From positions 128,001 through 192,000 of the forward strand of contig CAWCKW010000013.1 of the NCBI GenBank assembly GCA_963796285.1: DNA of 64,000 nt, in the 5' to 3' direction. Numbering within the stretch: the first letter of the stretch is position 1; each line of letters begins with the position of its first letter. The position numbers and the translations under genes were made by a program. Shown piece by piece: positions 31,033 through 42,616 of the stretch. The notes beneath the pieces are model-generated. The model was not told where the DNA came from. It was given only the letters and a program-made list of their open reading frames with translations, and searched no databases. Source of the stretch: Nitrospirota bacterium. GTDB taxonomy: Bacteria; Nitrospirota; UBA9217.

Positions 31033-32160
31033 CTAATGCGTCTTTAAAACATGAAATAGGCTGCAAAATACCTGGGCCGCTCTGCCTGGACTTTGCGTGA
31101 AATGTGATGTATTGACTGTTGAATTCTCAGTGTGCGAGATGGTCGCCGGATGCTCTTCGTTTAAGGCCACAGAGTCGTTATCTCTTGAGTACGTGCGGGA
31201 ATCAACCAACTTTTTTTGATGGTAGAAAACCTTGTATTTAACGCCAAGTGATAGAGCCAGCACTCCCAAGATCGCTTCGCCTATAAAATACATGACGCGG
31301 GTCAGGATCGGAAAAAAGCAACGCTGTCTGGGTGCTCACGACATTGTTCAACATCCCCAGCACTATCCCCTCGCGGATACCCAGTCCGCCGGGCGAAATT
31401 ACGGCAAAATAGCCGACTAGCCACTGACAGTGACATGGAAAAAAAAAGGGCAAAGATACCCGCAGGGAGGATGGGCAGTCCTATTCCTTTTGCCAAAAAA
31501 TAACCACTGAAACCAGTAAGGAGCCAGCTGCACATATAGATAAACTGAATAAAAAAGGAGCAATGAACCGGAATTACTCAAAGGCCGGATATCTTTTTTG
31601 TAAAGTTTATTTAGGAACGCAATCAGTTTATTCATCAGTGCAGCATTCCATATAACATATACCGTGTTGAACAGTATCAATAAGATGAATGAGAGAACAA
31701 TCGCCTTCACACCCATCACGTCAGTATACAAAGCCATATACATAAGGCCAAGGTAAAAGGACACAAGGACCGAGCCCAAAATGCAAATCAAATTAACGTA
31801 AAGCACGATAGATGTAGAGATGCCATATTTCTTCAGCCATATTAATTGCGCCGTATATGTCCATACCCGGCCGGGCAAATATCTTAACAAGCCGCTCGCA
31901 TTCACCACGGCGATACTTTGAAAAAAGTTAAGTTGACGTCTGCCAAGGTGCTTATTAATGCAGACTTTCCAGATAAAGGTTTCAAAAAAGCACGCAATAA
32001 GAAATAAAGACAAGGCAATGATCAAATAGTATATATTCATGATCAATTTAAAATTCTGCAACTCCGCCGCATTTTTCTTGATTTCTAATGAATAGAAGTA
32101 ACCGATCAAGAGAATTATTAACAGAAAAGTTATAATTTTTATTGTTTTTATTCTATTCAC
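31033..32160 (-). CDS. UPF0104/lysylphosphatidylglycerol-synthase-TM (flippase-like) membrane protein (frameshifted; 3' end uncertain)
   Basis: LRYLPGRVW and ISPGGLGIREG motifs across fragments. Confidence 0.8.
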
Positions 32161-32209
32161 GGGTTAATGGTTATAGCAGATTGTTGTGATTATTGAAGAA
32201 ATCCCTTCC

Positions 32210-33026
32210 TTATGCCGACGTTGTAATCTTCCTGAAACGCCTGAAGTGTCTTAATATAAAATCTTCGCTAAGCCGATTGTCATTTCTATGCTTCCAATCG
32301 TAAATAAATTGGTGCCCGCAATTTAAATCCGCGCTGAAATAGCGGATGGTTTCAAAGTTGTTCTCCTTAGCGATCCTTTCGATGTAGAAGGGAGAAGGAC
32401 GGCTTCCTTTAATTCCTTCCAGAGCCTCTTCATCGATATCTTTATTCTCCTCACAAAAGAATATCTTATAGGGGTCAGTTGAATCAGACACAACTGATTC
32501 GAACAAAATATCGTCAGACATCCGAAAGCAGCAGTTTAAATGCTCATTACTTTCTTCAAATGGTAAAGAAGTCCGAAATTTATGATTAAATCAAACTTGC
32601 CAAATTCGGAGAAATCATTTTCCAAATTAAAATGTTTGCATTTGAAATTTGCGATCTTGCGGTGTTTAAGGCTGGCATAATTAACATTCTCCTCAATCCT
32701 CCTTATTTAGGCACAGAACGTTCGCGCCGAGTTCGGCAACACTGAATCTCTCCCGCCATGGCCACTACCTAGTTCCAAAATCTTTTTGCCTTCGAAAAAA
32801 TAATCGACACCATAGAGTTCTAGAATTTTATTTATACGTTTTATTCTCAATCTTCATAAGAAGGATGGAAAAGACCTTCTTTATTATAAACAGCACTTAG
32901 AAAAATATGTTTATCAACCGGGGACAATTTAACATTACGTAATTCAGACTCAATTCTTTTAAAGACATTTGGCGCCAATAATCTCTTGGCGACAGCTCGA
33001 TATATTTTTTTTATTATCGATGACAT
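32210..33026 (-). CDS. Class I SAM-dependent methyltransferase (multiply frameshifted)
   Basis: Fragments give KKILELGSGHG, FDLIINFGLLYHL, ESVVSDS, RPSPFYIE. Confidence 0.65.
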
Positions 33027-33086
33027 GTTAGATCCTTTCTGTAACCCATAAAAAATAAGCTCTAATTTGCTAAACAAAACCCATCC

Positions 33087-34351
33087 TCAGGATATCATGC
33101 CCTTTTCATTAAACGCCCTCAAGCCATCTTTGACGCATCTCGCTATCATATGAACTTCTTCCTCGTTAAGGCCCGGGCCCAGCGGGAGAGTGACTACCTC
33201 GTCGGCCGCTTCGGCCGCATGAGGGAAGTGGCTCCGGCTTAAGCCTGCGGGAAGTCGAAAAAGCGTACTCGTATCGATGCCGTGCCCCCGCAGGTAATGG
33301 CACATTGCATTGCGCACAGAAGAGGGAAGCCGAACGGGAAAATGACTTTGCGGCAGTGCGTTGCCTCCGGGGCCGGGGACAATACCGGACTCGACCAGGA
33401 GACGGGAAATAAATTTCAAGCCTGGCGGTGTCGAAGGTCGGCGTTATTCACCGCACCTACGCAGATTGTGAAGCGCAAGGTCTACGATTTAGCGCAGTCA
33501 TCGGACGTGTCCACTCCGGAGGAAGTTCGCGTGCAGACTGTCCTGGAAATGGCTCGGCAAGGAACTCCCCCTGCGTTATCTGCGGAGGACCTTGTTCAAT
33601 TGGCAGAGGCGGTTGCGTTTTTGTACATCTGATAAAGATGCCGCTCATGCAGAGAGCCCGTAGAGGTCGCCGCTGATTCATCGCGACCTGGAGGAGAAAC
33701 GAACCGCTGCGCCGAAATCGAAGACTGAGTGACTCCGGGGCGATCCAGCGATCCCTTATCTCTCTGACCCTGTCTGCAAGGTCAATATCCCGAAAGCACG
33801 CGATGCCCCCCCAGCCGGCGTACATGGGCTTGCCCCAGCCGAAACTGAACAGCGCAATATCCCCAGCCTCCAATTGTCGCATCCTTTCGGGAGATGGAAT
33901 GCTCATGGCCATGTCGAGGACCCGTACGCGTGGCCCTTTCTGCGGCATCCCTTCCTGAGCATTTCCCTGGTCGTATGCGATGCCGTAGACTTCGCTCAGC
34001 ACGAGGGCGCACCCCGGCTCAGTGGCGGCGTAGATAGCGTCAGATGACATCAGGAAAGAACCGGGCGCCGTATCGACCAGTTTTATGTGCTCCTGCTCTG
34101 AGACATAGCTTCGATGCACTGGTGCAGCATGTATAAGCCGGACCTACCGCAAACGAACCGGGTCCATTCGCGGCCTGGATCGACATATGGATTCCCGCGC
34201 GCACGCTGGGGAGCAAAATCACTGCGCCCACGCCGAGCGTATCTGCGTAGGCCTTCTCAAGGTCCGGCATGCTGATATCAGGCGTCAGCGATACCAGGAC
34301 GGATAAGACTTTCCTGATACCGCCAAAGGGCAGGCTATGACGAGGAATCAT
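33087..34351 (-). CDS. DegT/DnrJ/EryC1/StrS PLP-dependent aminotransferase-like (frameshifted)
   Basis: MIPRHSLPF start, PAYTC, FSFGWGKPMYAGWGG (PLP Lys), C-terminal VVTLPLGPGL. Confidence 0.75.
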
Positions 34352-35232
34352 GACGATTGCTTTCTGGCAATTAACACGAAGGCCGGGCGCCAGGTTATAC
34401 CTGAAAACCCGCCAGGCAATGCGGCCAATTGCGTAGGCTGTCCTCACCTTGATGCTGTTGTGACGCAGGGGCATGGCGTCACGCTGGGACGTATAAACGA
34501 CTTCGAATCCCTGCTGCTCCTATCACACGCAGAAGCGACCGGACCGGGATCGAGACCCTGTGGTCGTACACCGCTTTTTCGCAGAGGCGCCGGCCCGCTT
34601 CGGGAAAACACCGGTGCAGCCAAAGCCCCATTTGAACTGCCCAGGACGTATCAACCACCCCGCATCACAAGCAGCCCTGCGCATCCGAACGAAGCCGCGA
34701 GTGAATAGCGCGCAGTTCCTTCACCTGGCTGGGCGACCAACAGTTGCAGTCAAGAACGGAGATTATGCCCTGAGGTTTTCGGGAATATCAAGATCGCCTA
34801 CGGAGGCGCCGCGGCTGCATGCGACGCCCAGGCTGCGCACGTATCGACCGCCTCGGGAACTATGTCCCTTCCCTGTACCTGGAAGCCTTCGGCGCGTGCA
34901 CGCTTCAGAAACCCTCCGTACGAACATCCGACATCCAGAAGGGTGCTTCCCTTCGGCGCGTACCGCCTGAGCGAACGAAGAATGGCGTCGTACATCGGGC
35001 CTTTATCATGGCACATTTCGATGCCGCTTGCCTGCATGCCCCACGGTCTCGTTCGGGTGTGTTCGATTTCGCCATCGGCGTTATAACCTTCCGCGGCAAA
35101 GAAGGACCGGCATCCGGGGCATTTCGCCCAGGACTGTTTTCCACGGGGAGTATCGAGGACGATCGCAGATACAAGCCTCATATCGAGTTTGATGTCGCAA
35201 ACAGGGCAATTCAGTAAGTCGTTCTTTATCAT
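34348..35232 (-). CDS. Class I SAM methyltransferase with N-terminal Zn-binding CxxC pairs (frameshifted)
   Basis: CPVC...CPGC, LLDVGCSYGGFL. Confidence 0.75.
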
Positions 35233-35290
35233 CGTGAATGGCTATCAACCGGGCCGGCATTGTTCATTGAAACAGTCCCAGCGTTATCGC

Positions 35291-36276
35291 TCAGAATCCG
35301 GTATCTTTCATGAAAAATTGGTAAAGAGCACTGTTCCGAAATTTTTTTCGCATTGCATCTGATACCTTCATCAAGGGAGACATATAAATGCGCACTGGTT
35401 TCTTTTGCGGAGAAAAACCATTTTTAAAATGAATAACTCCCTCTCGTCCGTTACTGGGCATAAAATCATATAACAGGAAGCCCTTTTCACAGGCATCTTG
35501 TATAATATAATACTGCAACACATGAAAGGCGTTTAGTTTGTAAAATTCCTGCAATGTCGCCCCATTCCAGCCTGCGACGTGCTTGTTGTGATAGAAATTC
35601 AACGCACCTGATATTACCTGACCCCGATATTTGGCCAGCCACAGTTTTATATGCGGAGATTTTTTTCTAAACATGATTTCAAATAATTCCCATCTGTACG
35701 TATTGGTGGCGTCTTGCCTGCCGGACCAAAAAAGCTAGATATACCTCAAAAAAGGATTTCCAATCATCTTCTGTCGAAGCCAATTCCACGGTTATCCCTT
35801 CACGGATCCCTTTCCTCACAGCGCTGGAATGCCCGATGGTCCATTTTTTTAAAATCGACTCGAACCCTTCGCGCAAATCCAATACCTGGGTAAAATCTTC
35901 ATCAGTAAATCCATCAAATTGATTCGTTAAAGTATCATATGGATTAACGACGCAATACGCTATTCCGACCTTTTAATACTTCAAAAAGCTCTCTTTTCTC
36001 ACCGGCATCCAATTCATCATTCGTAAGAAATCCTCCCATGCCTTTTGGAGCAAGAAAATACACTTTAACCAGACCTTTCAACAGGTTTATGTGCGCAAGG
36101 GGCAAAACCACTTTTCCCCCGTTGTCCAAGTGGATGAGTCGCGTATCACTTTCAAAGCCTGCATAGGTCGCCCAGATATCGAACCATTCCCTGGTCTGAA
36201 AATAAACAGCGGATTCCACCCTCTCGACGATATCATCCCATTCTTCATTCGATGCTTTCCCGATGCTTTTTATCAC
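35291..36276 (-). CDS. GNAT/FemAB-like (Acetyltransf_6) acyltransferase (frameshifted)
   Basis: YFQTREW, DLREGFE...AVRKGIREGITV, YIIQDACEKGFLLYDFMPS...GVIHFKNGF. Confidence 0.75.
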
Positions 36277-36305
36277 TTCATCTCCCGCTTTACGCGCCAG
36301 TGAAA

Positions 36306-37458
36306 TTAATTTTGGCGCTGCGCCGAGCCAAGGTCCAGCCATTTTTGAATCGCGTTTTCCATGTCAAATTGACGATAAGCCTTTGCAATGCTTTCCCTGA
36401 AATACTCTTTATCCCTTGTCAACGCCTCTATCATGGCGGCCGCCAGAGCGTCCGGGGTAACCTCCTTGGCAACGATTCCGCACTTGTATTCCCGTATAAA
36501 GCCCTCTAAATCACCGACCGGCATGGCAACGACCGGTGTGCCTATTTGGAGGGTCTCGGAAAATACGATGGGAAAACTTTCAATCCTGGACGGGATTACA
36601 AAAAAAGAAACGCTGTCCAGATAATTTGAAAATTCCTGGGCGCGAATAGGGCCGTGTAAATCGATATATTTCTCCAGCCGCAACTCCGAGATCATTTTTC
36701 CCAAATCCTCTTTTAAGGGACCGGGCCCGAACATATGGAGCCGGATGGATTCCCTGATTTCCTGGGGCAGGCAGGCGATCGCTTTTATGAGCAGGTCGGG
36801 GCCCTTGTTTACGTGGTAGCGTCCGGTAAACAAGAAATGCGTTAATTTCACCGAATCCGATGAAAACAGTTTTTCATTCGGAGAAGGGAGTTTTCTGCTT
36901 GAGGGAAGGTATGCGCAGGGCACGCCCGTAAGGTCCTCGATATCCTTACACAATTGAAAACCGTCGGCATATACCCTGTCGGCTTTTTTCATGACGAGCT
37001 TCAATATCAATTTTCCCATAAGGGGGACCTTCCTGATTTTCCAGATATCCGACCCCAACGCCCAGATATCGTATGGAACATTATTTTTCAGTTTTCCCGC
37101 CAATCCGAAAATCCCGGAAGGGACGGCCCATACACAGAGAGTTCTCTCAATTTTATAATTGTTGTTTATCTGCAGAGTATTTTGTATCCCTTTTATAAAA
37201 AAAAAGAAAAACCCACCAGTTTTTCGGGTTCAAGAGGTTCATCGATGCCAGTTCCTGATCCCCGCCCGCCCAGGGTGTGGGAACGACCGAAATGCCGCGG
37301 TCCGGTTCATACGCACGCTTCCGCGCAGCCGGCTGCACTACAACGTTGTGTCCGCGGCTGGCGAGTTCCAGAGCAAATTGACGCACAAACAGCCCTGCGG
37401 TCCCTGTCGGGTCATCGGAGTATGCTGGATAGGAACTTGTAATGATCTGAACATTCAT
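36306..37458 (-). CDS. GT4 glycosyltransferase (frameshifted)
   Basis: MNVQIITSSYP...AGLFV, GSDI, FTGRYHVNKGPD, IPSRIESFPIVFSE..GTPVV. Confidence 0.85.
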
Positions 37459-37656
37459 TCTGAACTCCTTAAAGCCTTTGCAGGTGGCTCCAATAAGTGG
37501 TTTCAGACTAGAATGAAACAAATCTACCCGCTGAACGTTTTTATGTTTTCCGGAATATCGGGAAAGGAGAACCCCCGTCAGCGACGATCACTCTGTGTGG
37601 AAGGCCAACTGCTAATATTAACAGTAATGAGACGCGTTCATGAGTTTTCAAGGGGA

Positions 37657-38613
37657 TCAGTCGGCCTTGATATTCTTTTCGTTTTCCTTTTTCCTCAATC
37701 TATATTGTACGTCTTCCATTAATCGTCTGTTCACCGCCAGTAGATCGGCGAGGAAAGCCACCAGCATCGTTTGAAACCCTATCCCCAGAAGAATGGAAGC
37801 AAAAATCAGCGATTGAACATGACCGGCGCCTCCATCCCGAAAGTAATAGTAAAGAAATCTGAGCCCGATGATAAAACCCGCGCTGAACAAGAGGAGACCA
37901 ATTGTCATGAAAAAACGAAACGGTTTGTATACGACAAAAATCCGGACTATGGCGACAATCGATTTTCTCAGGTAGCTTGGTATGCTTTTTACCAAACGGG
38001 AGGGTCTTAACTCTTCATTTACGCGGACCGGCACCGAGATAATGGCCATATTCTTCTGTCCGGCCTCGATGATGGTCTCGAGAGTATAGGTATAGTCATT
38101 GAATACATTCAGACGAAGCGCCGCCTCCCGGCTCATCGCCCGAAATCCGCTCGGAGCGTCGGGGACAGCGGTTTTGCTCGCCCGTCTTACTACCCAGCTT
38201 CCCAATTTCTGCAGTTGCCTTTTAATCAGCGAGAAATGTTTCATTTCAGAAATGGGCCTGACCCCGATAACAAGGTCCGCTTTTTTATCCAGTATCGGTT
38301 TTGTCAATAACGGGATATCCTTTGCGTTGTATTGATTGTCCGCATCCGTATTCACAATAACATCTGCTCCAAGTTTTATGCACGCGTCCAGCCCTGCCAT
38401 GAAAATGCACGCCAATCCCTGATTCTTCGCAAAACTGACAACATGATCGGCTCCATTTGCCTTTGCCACCTCCGCGGTGTTGTCCGTGCTTCCATCATTA
38501 ATGATCAACCACTCGACCCTGTCGAAACCTTCCACATGCCGCGGCAATGCCTTCAAGGTAACGGCTAAGGTTTCCGCTTCGTTGTAGCACGGTATTTGGA
38601 TGAGAAGTCTAAT
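37657..38613 (-). CDS. GT2 glycosyltransferase with C-terminal TM helices (polyprenyl-phosphate type)
   Basis: The frame extends upstream of the ORF call to ATT-RLLIQIPCYNEAETL; INDGSTD, NTDADNQY, DAPSGFRA, YTYTLET. Confidence 0.9.
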   Translation of the reverse strand: MRLLIQIPCYNEAETLAVTLKALPRHVEGFDRVEWLIINDGSTDNTAEVAKANGADHVVSFAKNQGLACIFMAGLDACIKLGADVIVNTDADNQYNAKDIPLLTKPILDKKADLVIGVRPISEMKHFSLIKRQLQKLGSWVVRRASKTAVPDAPSGFRAMSREAALRLNVFNDYTYTLETIIEAGQKNMAIISVPVRVNEELRPSRLVKSIPSYLRKSIVAIVRIFVVYKPFRFFMTIGLLLFSAGFIIGLRFLYYYFRDGGAGHVQSLIFASILLGIGFQTMLVAFLADLLAVNRRLMEDVQYRLRKKENEKNIKAD

Positions 38614-38703
38614 TTTTGCCTCCAGTTACCAGGAATGTTATGAATTTTAAGACAAATACAAGTGGCGGTTACGAATGGTCCTGATTTAAGAGTAAGGAGT
38701 GTG

Positions 38704-40881
38704 CTAACGCCTCTCTTTATGTGCAAGCCTTGTATCTCTTTGCCTATCCATCTGTCGGGAGATAATTTCATTCGTGGGATTCCTTAAGTCAGTGCCTTTC
38801 GTCGCTGTTATTTTAAATTCTTTTACGCGCTCGAGTCTGTTATCATCATTAATTAACGTGTCATCGGTAAAGCCTATTTTAATCAAGACAAATGCCAGAC
38901 CCCTTTCAGCAGCTCTTCGCTTAAGATATAAAACATCACTCAGGTGTAATTCTACCGTAACATTTTGTCCATTTTTATATCCGATTGGGACTTTAAAAGA
39001 TTCTTCGAAAAGTCCATTTTTAGAAATCTTATAGAAATATCGAAGTTTATCATCCAGGCTAATTGATAAAATGACATTATCGCTTTTAAATAATTCATGA
39101 TTCAGTATTTTAATACATATATAAAATAAATTTTGCTTTTCGTATTTCAATAGAACTGCTGAATTACTAGTAGCCCATTGATATTCCTTCTCATAACCAT
39201 TAAAGGTCAACCCTCTTATATACGGATAATCGGCTTTTGTTAAATCAATGAAGGATTGAACAGCCCCTTTTTTTTCTTCTTCCGTAAATTCTTGATATGG
39301 GTAAAGATGATCGATCTTATATAGGCGACAATAGTTATTTGCTTCTATTAATTTATAATCAGCTCGACTTAAGACATTATCTATTTTTTTTGGATCTTTA
39401 ATATGGTCTATTCTTTCATCGACGAAATAATTTTCCTCATCATTAAATTTGCCATAGTCGTAAATATTTTCAATATTGTAAAACCTTCGTCCTGATAAAA
39501 AAGACAAAACAGGGCACTGCAACCAATTTACACCATAAATTGTTGCATTCGAAGGTAATTGTGATATTTTTTTGGCAATATCATCCAGGGCTATCTTATC
39601 CGGGCTGGGACTGTCATCAGCTTTTAGTGGAATATTTCGCCTGTTGTTATACAGCTGTGCAGCCAACGTGATAATCAGCATAACACTCAAACTACTCAAG
39701 AGGATCAGACTAATATTACTAAAATTAAGGTGGCGCTTGTTGTTTCTCACGGTCTTGACTAGAGGCAAAAGATATAATAAAGTTAAACCCAAAAGAATCA
39801 TACTTGAAATATCCAGCAAGATGATCCCATTGATAATTCGTCGATTCCATACCTTACTCGTAGGCGTAAGAACTATCCACCATAAAACATATGAGATGGA
39901 TGTTCCAAATAATATCAGATAACTTAAAGATATCTTTTGACGCCATTTGCGCATTGTAGATATAAAATAATGGATAAACATCACGCAAGGGACGAATATA
40001 AGATAAATGCTTCCGATAAATGGTATTCCAAAGTTTACACTTAAAATAATTAAATGTATTTCTATCTTCTCGAATAGAGAGGGAGTATCTGCAAGCCCTT
40101 TTACTACCCCTGCTTGTGGAGCTATGGCATACAGTTCTTCATTCCACCAATACATATAATCCTTAAGCCCGAGCACTGTAAGTTTCCATACTTCAAATAA
40201 GGAAATTGTTAATAGTCCGCCAAGCGCAATAAGAATGTACATCTTCCTTGACAACTTTTTAGTGAAGAAAACATCGACTAAAATCACTGCAAACAAGGAC
40301 GGCAGAAAGATTAATATTACAGTCTTTGTCAAGTAAGCCAATCCCCAAGCCACTCCTGTAAGCACTGCTAATAATACGGGATTATGATTCTTATTTGTTT
40401 CTAATGCATTGAATAAGCACAAACCGGCCATAAAATAAAATAATGCGGGTATTTCACCATATCCACGAAGACCGAAGCGAAACAAATACGGAATATATAT
40501 AATAATGACCACGGTTAATAGCCCAACCCATTTATTCGTAACGTTTTTTACAAAAATAAACGTTACGAGTAAACATAATATCAAATATACAGCATTAGGT
40601 ATTTGGGCGGTGAAGGATGAAACGCCACCTAAACGAAAAGCTAAGGCTATGGGCAATAAGAGCGGACTACCGGACTGCACAACGTTATCAAAATCAATAT
40701 AACCATCATAATTTGTCGCATATCGTCCGTGTTGTAATAAGTTCAGTGGTACCTGTACATTCATTGCGCCATCAAATGAAAGTGGCGTCGAATAAATATG
40801 CGCTCTTACATGATAAGCGAGGAATAACAGCAGGATTAGCAATAAGGAATAAGTTATAACGTCGCCAGTTCTTTCTTTCAT
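38704..40881 (-). CDS. ArnT/PMT-like GT-C membrane glycosyltransferase, very AT-rich
   Basis: SFDGAMN loop, YGEIP, GLAYLTK, many TM segments and a long soluble C-terminus; 725 aa with no frameshift. Confidence 0.7.
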   Translation of the reverse strand: MKERTGDVITYSLLLILLLFLAYHVRAHIYSTPLSFDGAMNVQVPLNLLQHGRYATNYDGYIDFDNVVQSGSPLLLPIALAFRLGGVSSFTAQIPNAVYLILCLLVTFIFVKNVTNKWVGLLTVVIIIYIPYLFRFGLRGYGEIPALFYFMAGLCLFNALETNKNHNPVLLAVLTGVAWGLAYLTKTVILIFLPSLFAVILVDVFFTKKLSRKMYILIALGGLLTISLFEVWKLTVLGLKDYMYWWNEELYAIAPQAGVVKGLADTPSLFEKIEIHLIILSVNFGIPFIGSIYLIFVPCVMFIHYFISTMRKWRQKISLSYLILFGTSISYVLWWIVLTPTSKVWNRRIINGIILLDISSMILLGLTLLYLLPLVKTVRNNKRHLNFSNISLILLSSLSVMLIITLAAQLYNNRRNIPLKADDSPSPDKIALDDIAKKISQLPSNATIYGVNWLQCPVLSFLSGRRFYNIENIYDYGKFNDEENYFVDERIDHIKDPKKIDNVLSRADYKLIEANNYCRLYKIDHLYPYQEFTEEEKKGAVQSFIDLTKADYPYIRGLTFNGYEKEYQWATSNSAVLLKYEKQNLFYICIKILNHELFKSDNVILSISLDDKLRYFYKISKNGLFEESFKVPIGYKNGQNVTVELHLSDVLYLKRRAAERGLAFVLIKIGFTDDTLINDDNRLERVKEFKITATKGTDLRNPTNEIISRQMDRQRDTRLAHKERR

Positions 40882-41587
40882 AACCTTCTTTACCCTATCA
40901 GCTTCTAAGCGACCTTTCTTCGGTTTCCGGCGCTTTCCTTGCTATGCAATTGAGCTCTTAGAAAAATATTGCGAAATATCAATTGAAACAACCAATCATG
41001 AACGGCAATAAAAAACAAATGCTCAGTCAACCGAATACTTAGCGTATAGGCTTCTTTCTGAACGCATCTTTATAGAAAGAAACTGGTTGGACTAAGTCGT
41101 TACGCGCCACACGGCAATGGGATTTCAAATGATTATTCTTTAATGCTTGCAGCGTCAATTTCATTTGTTGTGTTGTATATGCACATGCAGGGTTTCTGGC
41201 TGCTAACGTACTATAAATGCAAAGATATGTCAAAGATATTCAAGCTGTTCCTGCAATTCAGACAATGTGAGCCAGAAAGCTTATAGAAGAAATACATTCA
41301 CGATAGTTTTTACGGAAATCAGATTTCGCTAGGCTGTGGATGCGAAGGTAATCAGGATTTTTCTGCATCGAGTGAATCTATGTCTGAATTAGAAACAAGA
41401 ATCGTCAGACAGCGTTTCGGGGGATGCCGGCTGTGCCGATGTATCGTCATGATAAGGCAAGCGATAGACCTCTGCAATTCCATGGCGCTCGGGGATTCGT
41501 GGTTACTGTCTGAATTGCAGTTGTTTTCCTTCCTCCTTGTTTTTAGACGCTTAATGCAGTAGAATATCTCTCGACGCTGAGGATACC

Positions 41588-42217
41588 ATGGACCCCTATT
41601 CCAAAGACCAACTTCTGTCGTTCTACAATTTTCATCTGAAAAAATTCGGCGACCGGCCCGAGGCTCTACGCTGGACACCGCAGGGCCAGCTCAAGCGATA
41701 CCATATGCTCGCTGACATTGCGCCCGCGCGGGACCTGAACAACGCAACTGTGCTCGACTACGGATGCGGGACCGGGGACTTTTATAAATTCTTGAAGCGT
41801 CGGGGAATCAACGTGAAGTATACGGGAGTGGACATCAACGAAAACTTCATCAACCTGGCGAAAAGCAAGTACCCCGAGTGCACCTTCAAGGTCATGAACG
41901 CTGATGACGACCGGTTCGAGGGGTTCTATGACTATATCTTCATCTGCGGCGTATTCAATTTGCAGGTCCCCGGCGTTGACGATGATCTGAAGAACGCATT
42001 GGTCACGCTCTTCAGGCACTGCAACAAAGGCCTGGCGTTGAGCGCCCTCTCGTCGCACACGCCCGTCAAGGACCCCGAACTCCACTTCACCTCACCTGGT
42101 GAGATGGTTAAGTTCTCCCTCGAGAACCTGTCGCCCTCCATCGCCCTCAGGCATGACCGGATCCAGTACGACTTTACCCTCTATGTGTATACTGCGTTGA
42201 ATGAGGTCGAGTTGTGA
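41588..42217 (+). CDS. Class I SAM-dependent methyltransferase
   Basis: VLDYGCGTGD, YTGVDIN, YDYIFICGVFN. Confidence 0.88.
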   Translation: MDPYSKDQLLSFYNFHLKKFGDRPEALRWTPQGQLKRYHMLADIAPARDLNNATVLDYGCGTGDFYKFLKRRGINVKYTGVDINENFINLAKSKYPECTFKVMNADDDRFEGFYDYIFICGVFNLQVPGVDDDLKNALVTLFRHCNKGLALSALSSHTPVKDPELHFTSPGEMVKFSLENLSPSIALRHDRIQYDFTLYVYTALNEVEL

Positions 42218-42304
42218 TGTCAACCACGAGATTCCGCACTTATGCTGATCGCTTCCTGTCTTGACGTCACTTGAGCGGTAAAATAAAACAATTACTCAGG
42301 CCTG

Positions 42305-42516
42305 TCTCGCGCAAAGCCGTACCCTGCTGTTGCCATAACGCGGGCATAAACCAAGAGCGCAAAGAAAAGCAATCCCCCTTACAGATTGAGGGTAAAGATC
42401 CGTCGCTACCTTCAAGGAGTTCAATCCTTGAGTTGAGAAGTCATCCCGGCAATAATGCACAACCTAAGCAGATACATTTATTCATTCTTTCTTTGCGTCT
42501 TTGCGCCTTTGCGCGA
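42305..42516. repeat. Palindromic element with 8-nt-unit (CGCAAAG) arms; left arm interrupted
   Basis: Left tcgcgcaaagccg[31 nt]ccaagagcgcaaag; right ctttgcgtctttgcgcctttgcgcga. Confidence 0.65.
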
Positions 42517-42616
42517 AAAAAGGTTTTAATTAAATCATGGTTATGTTGCTCTGAAACTTCCCGAGAAGTTTCAAAAAGAGCCCATAACTCGGCATAACCA
42601 CGGACGCTCTGTTCGA

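Noticed and set aside
9130-41580. Island as an integrative mobile element
   Set aside because: No integrase, transposase, tRNA target or terminal direct repeat was seen at either edge; only composition and gene content mark it as accessory.
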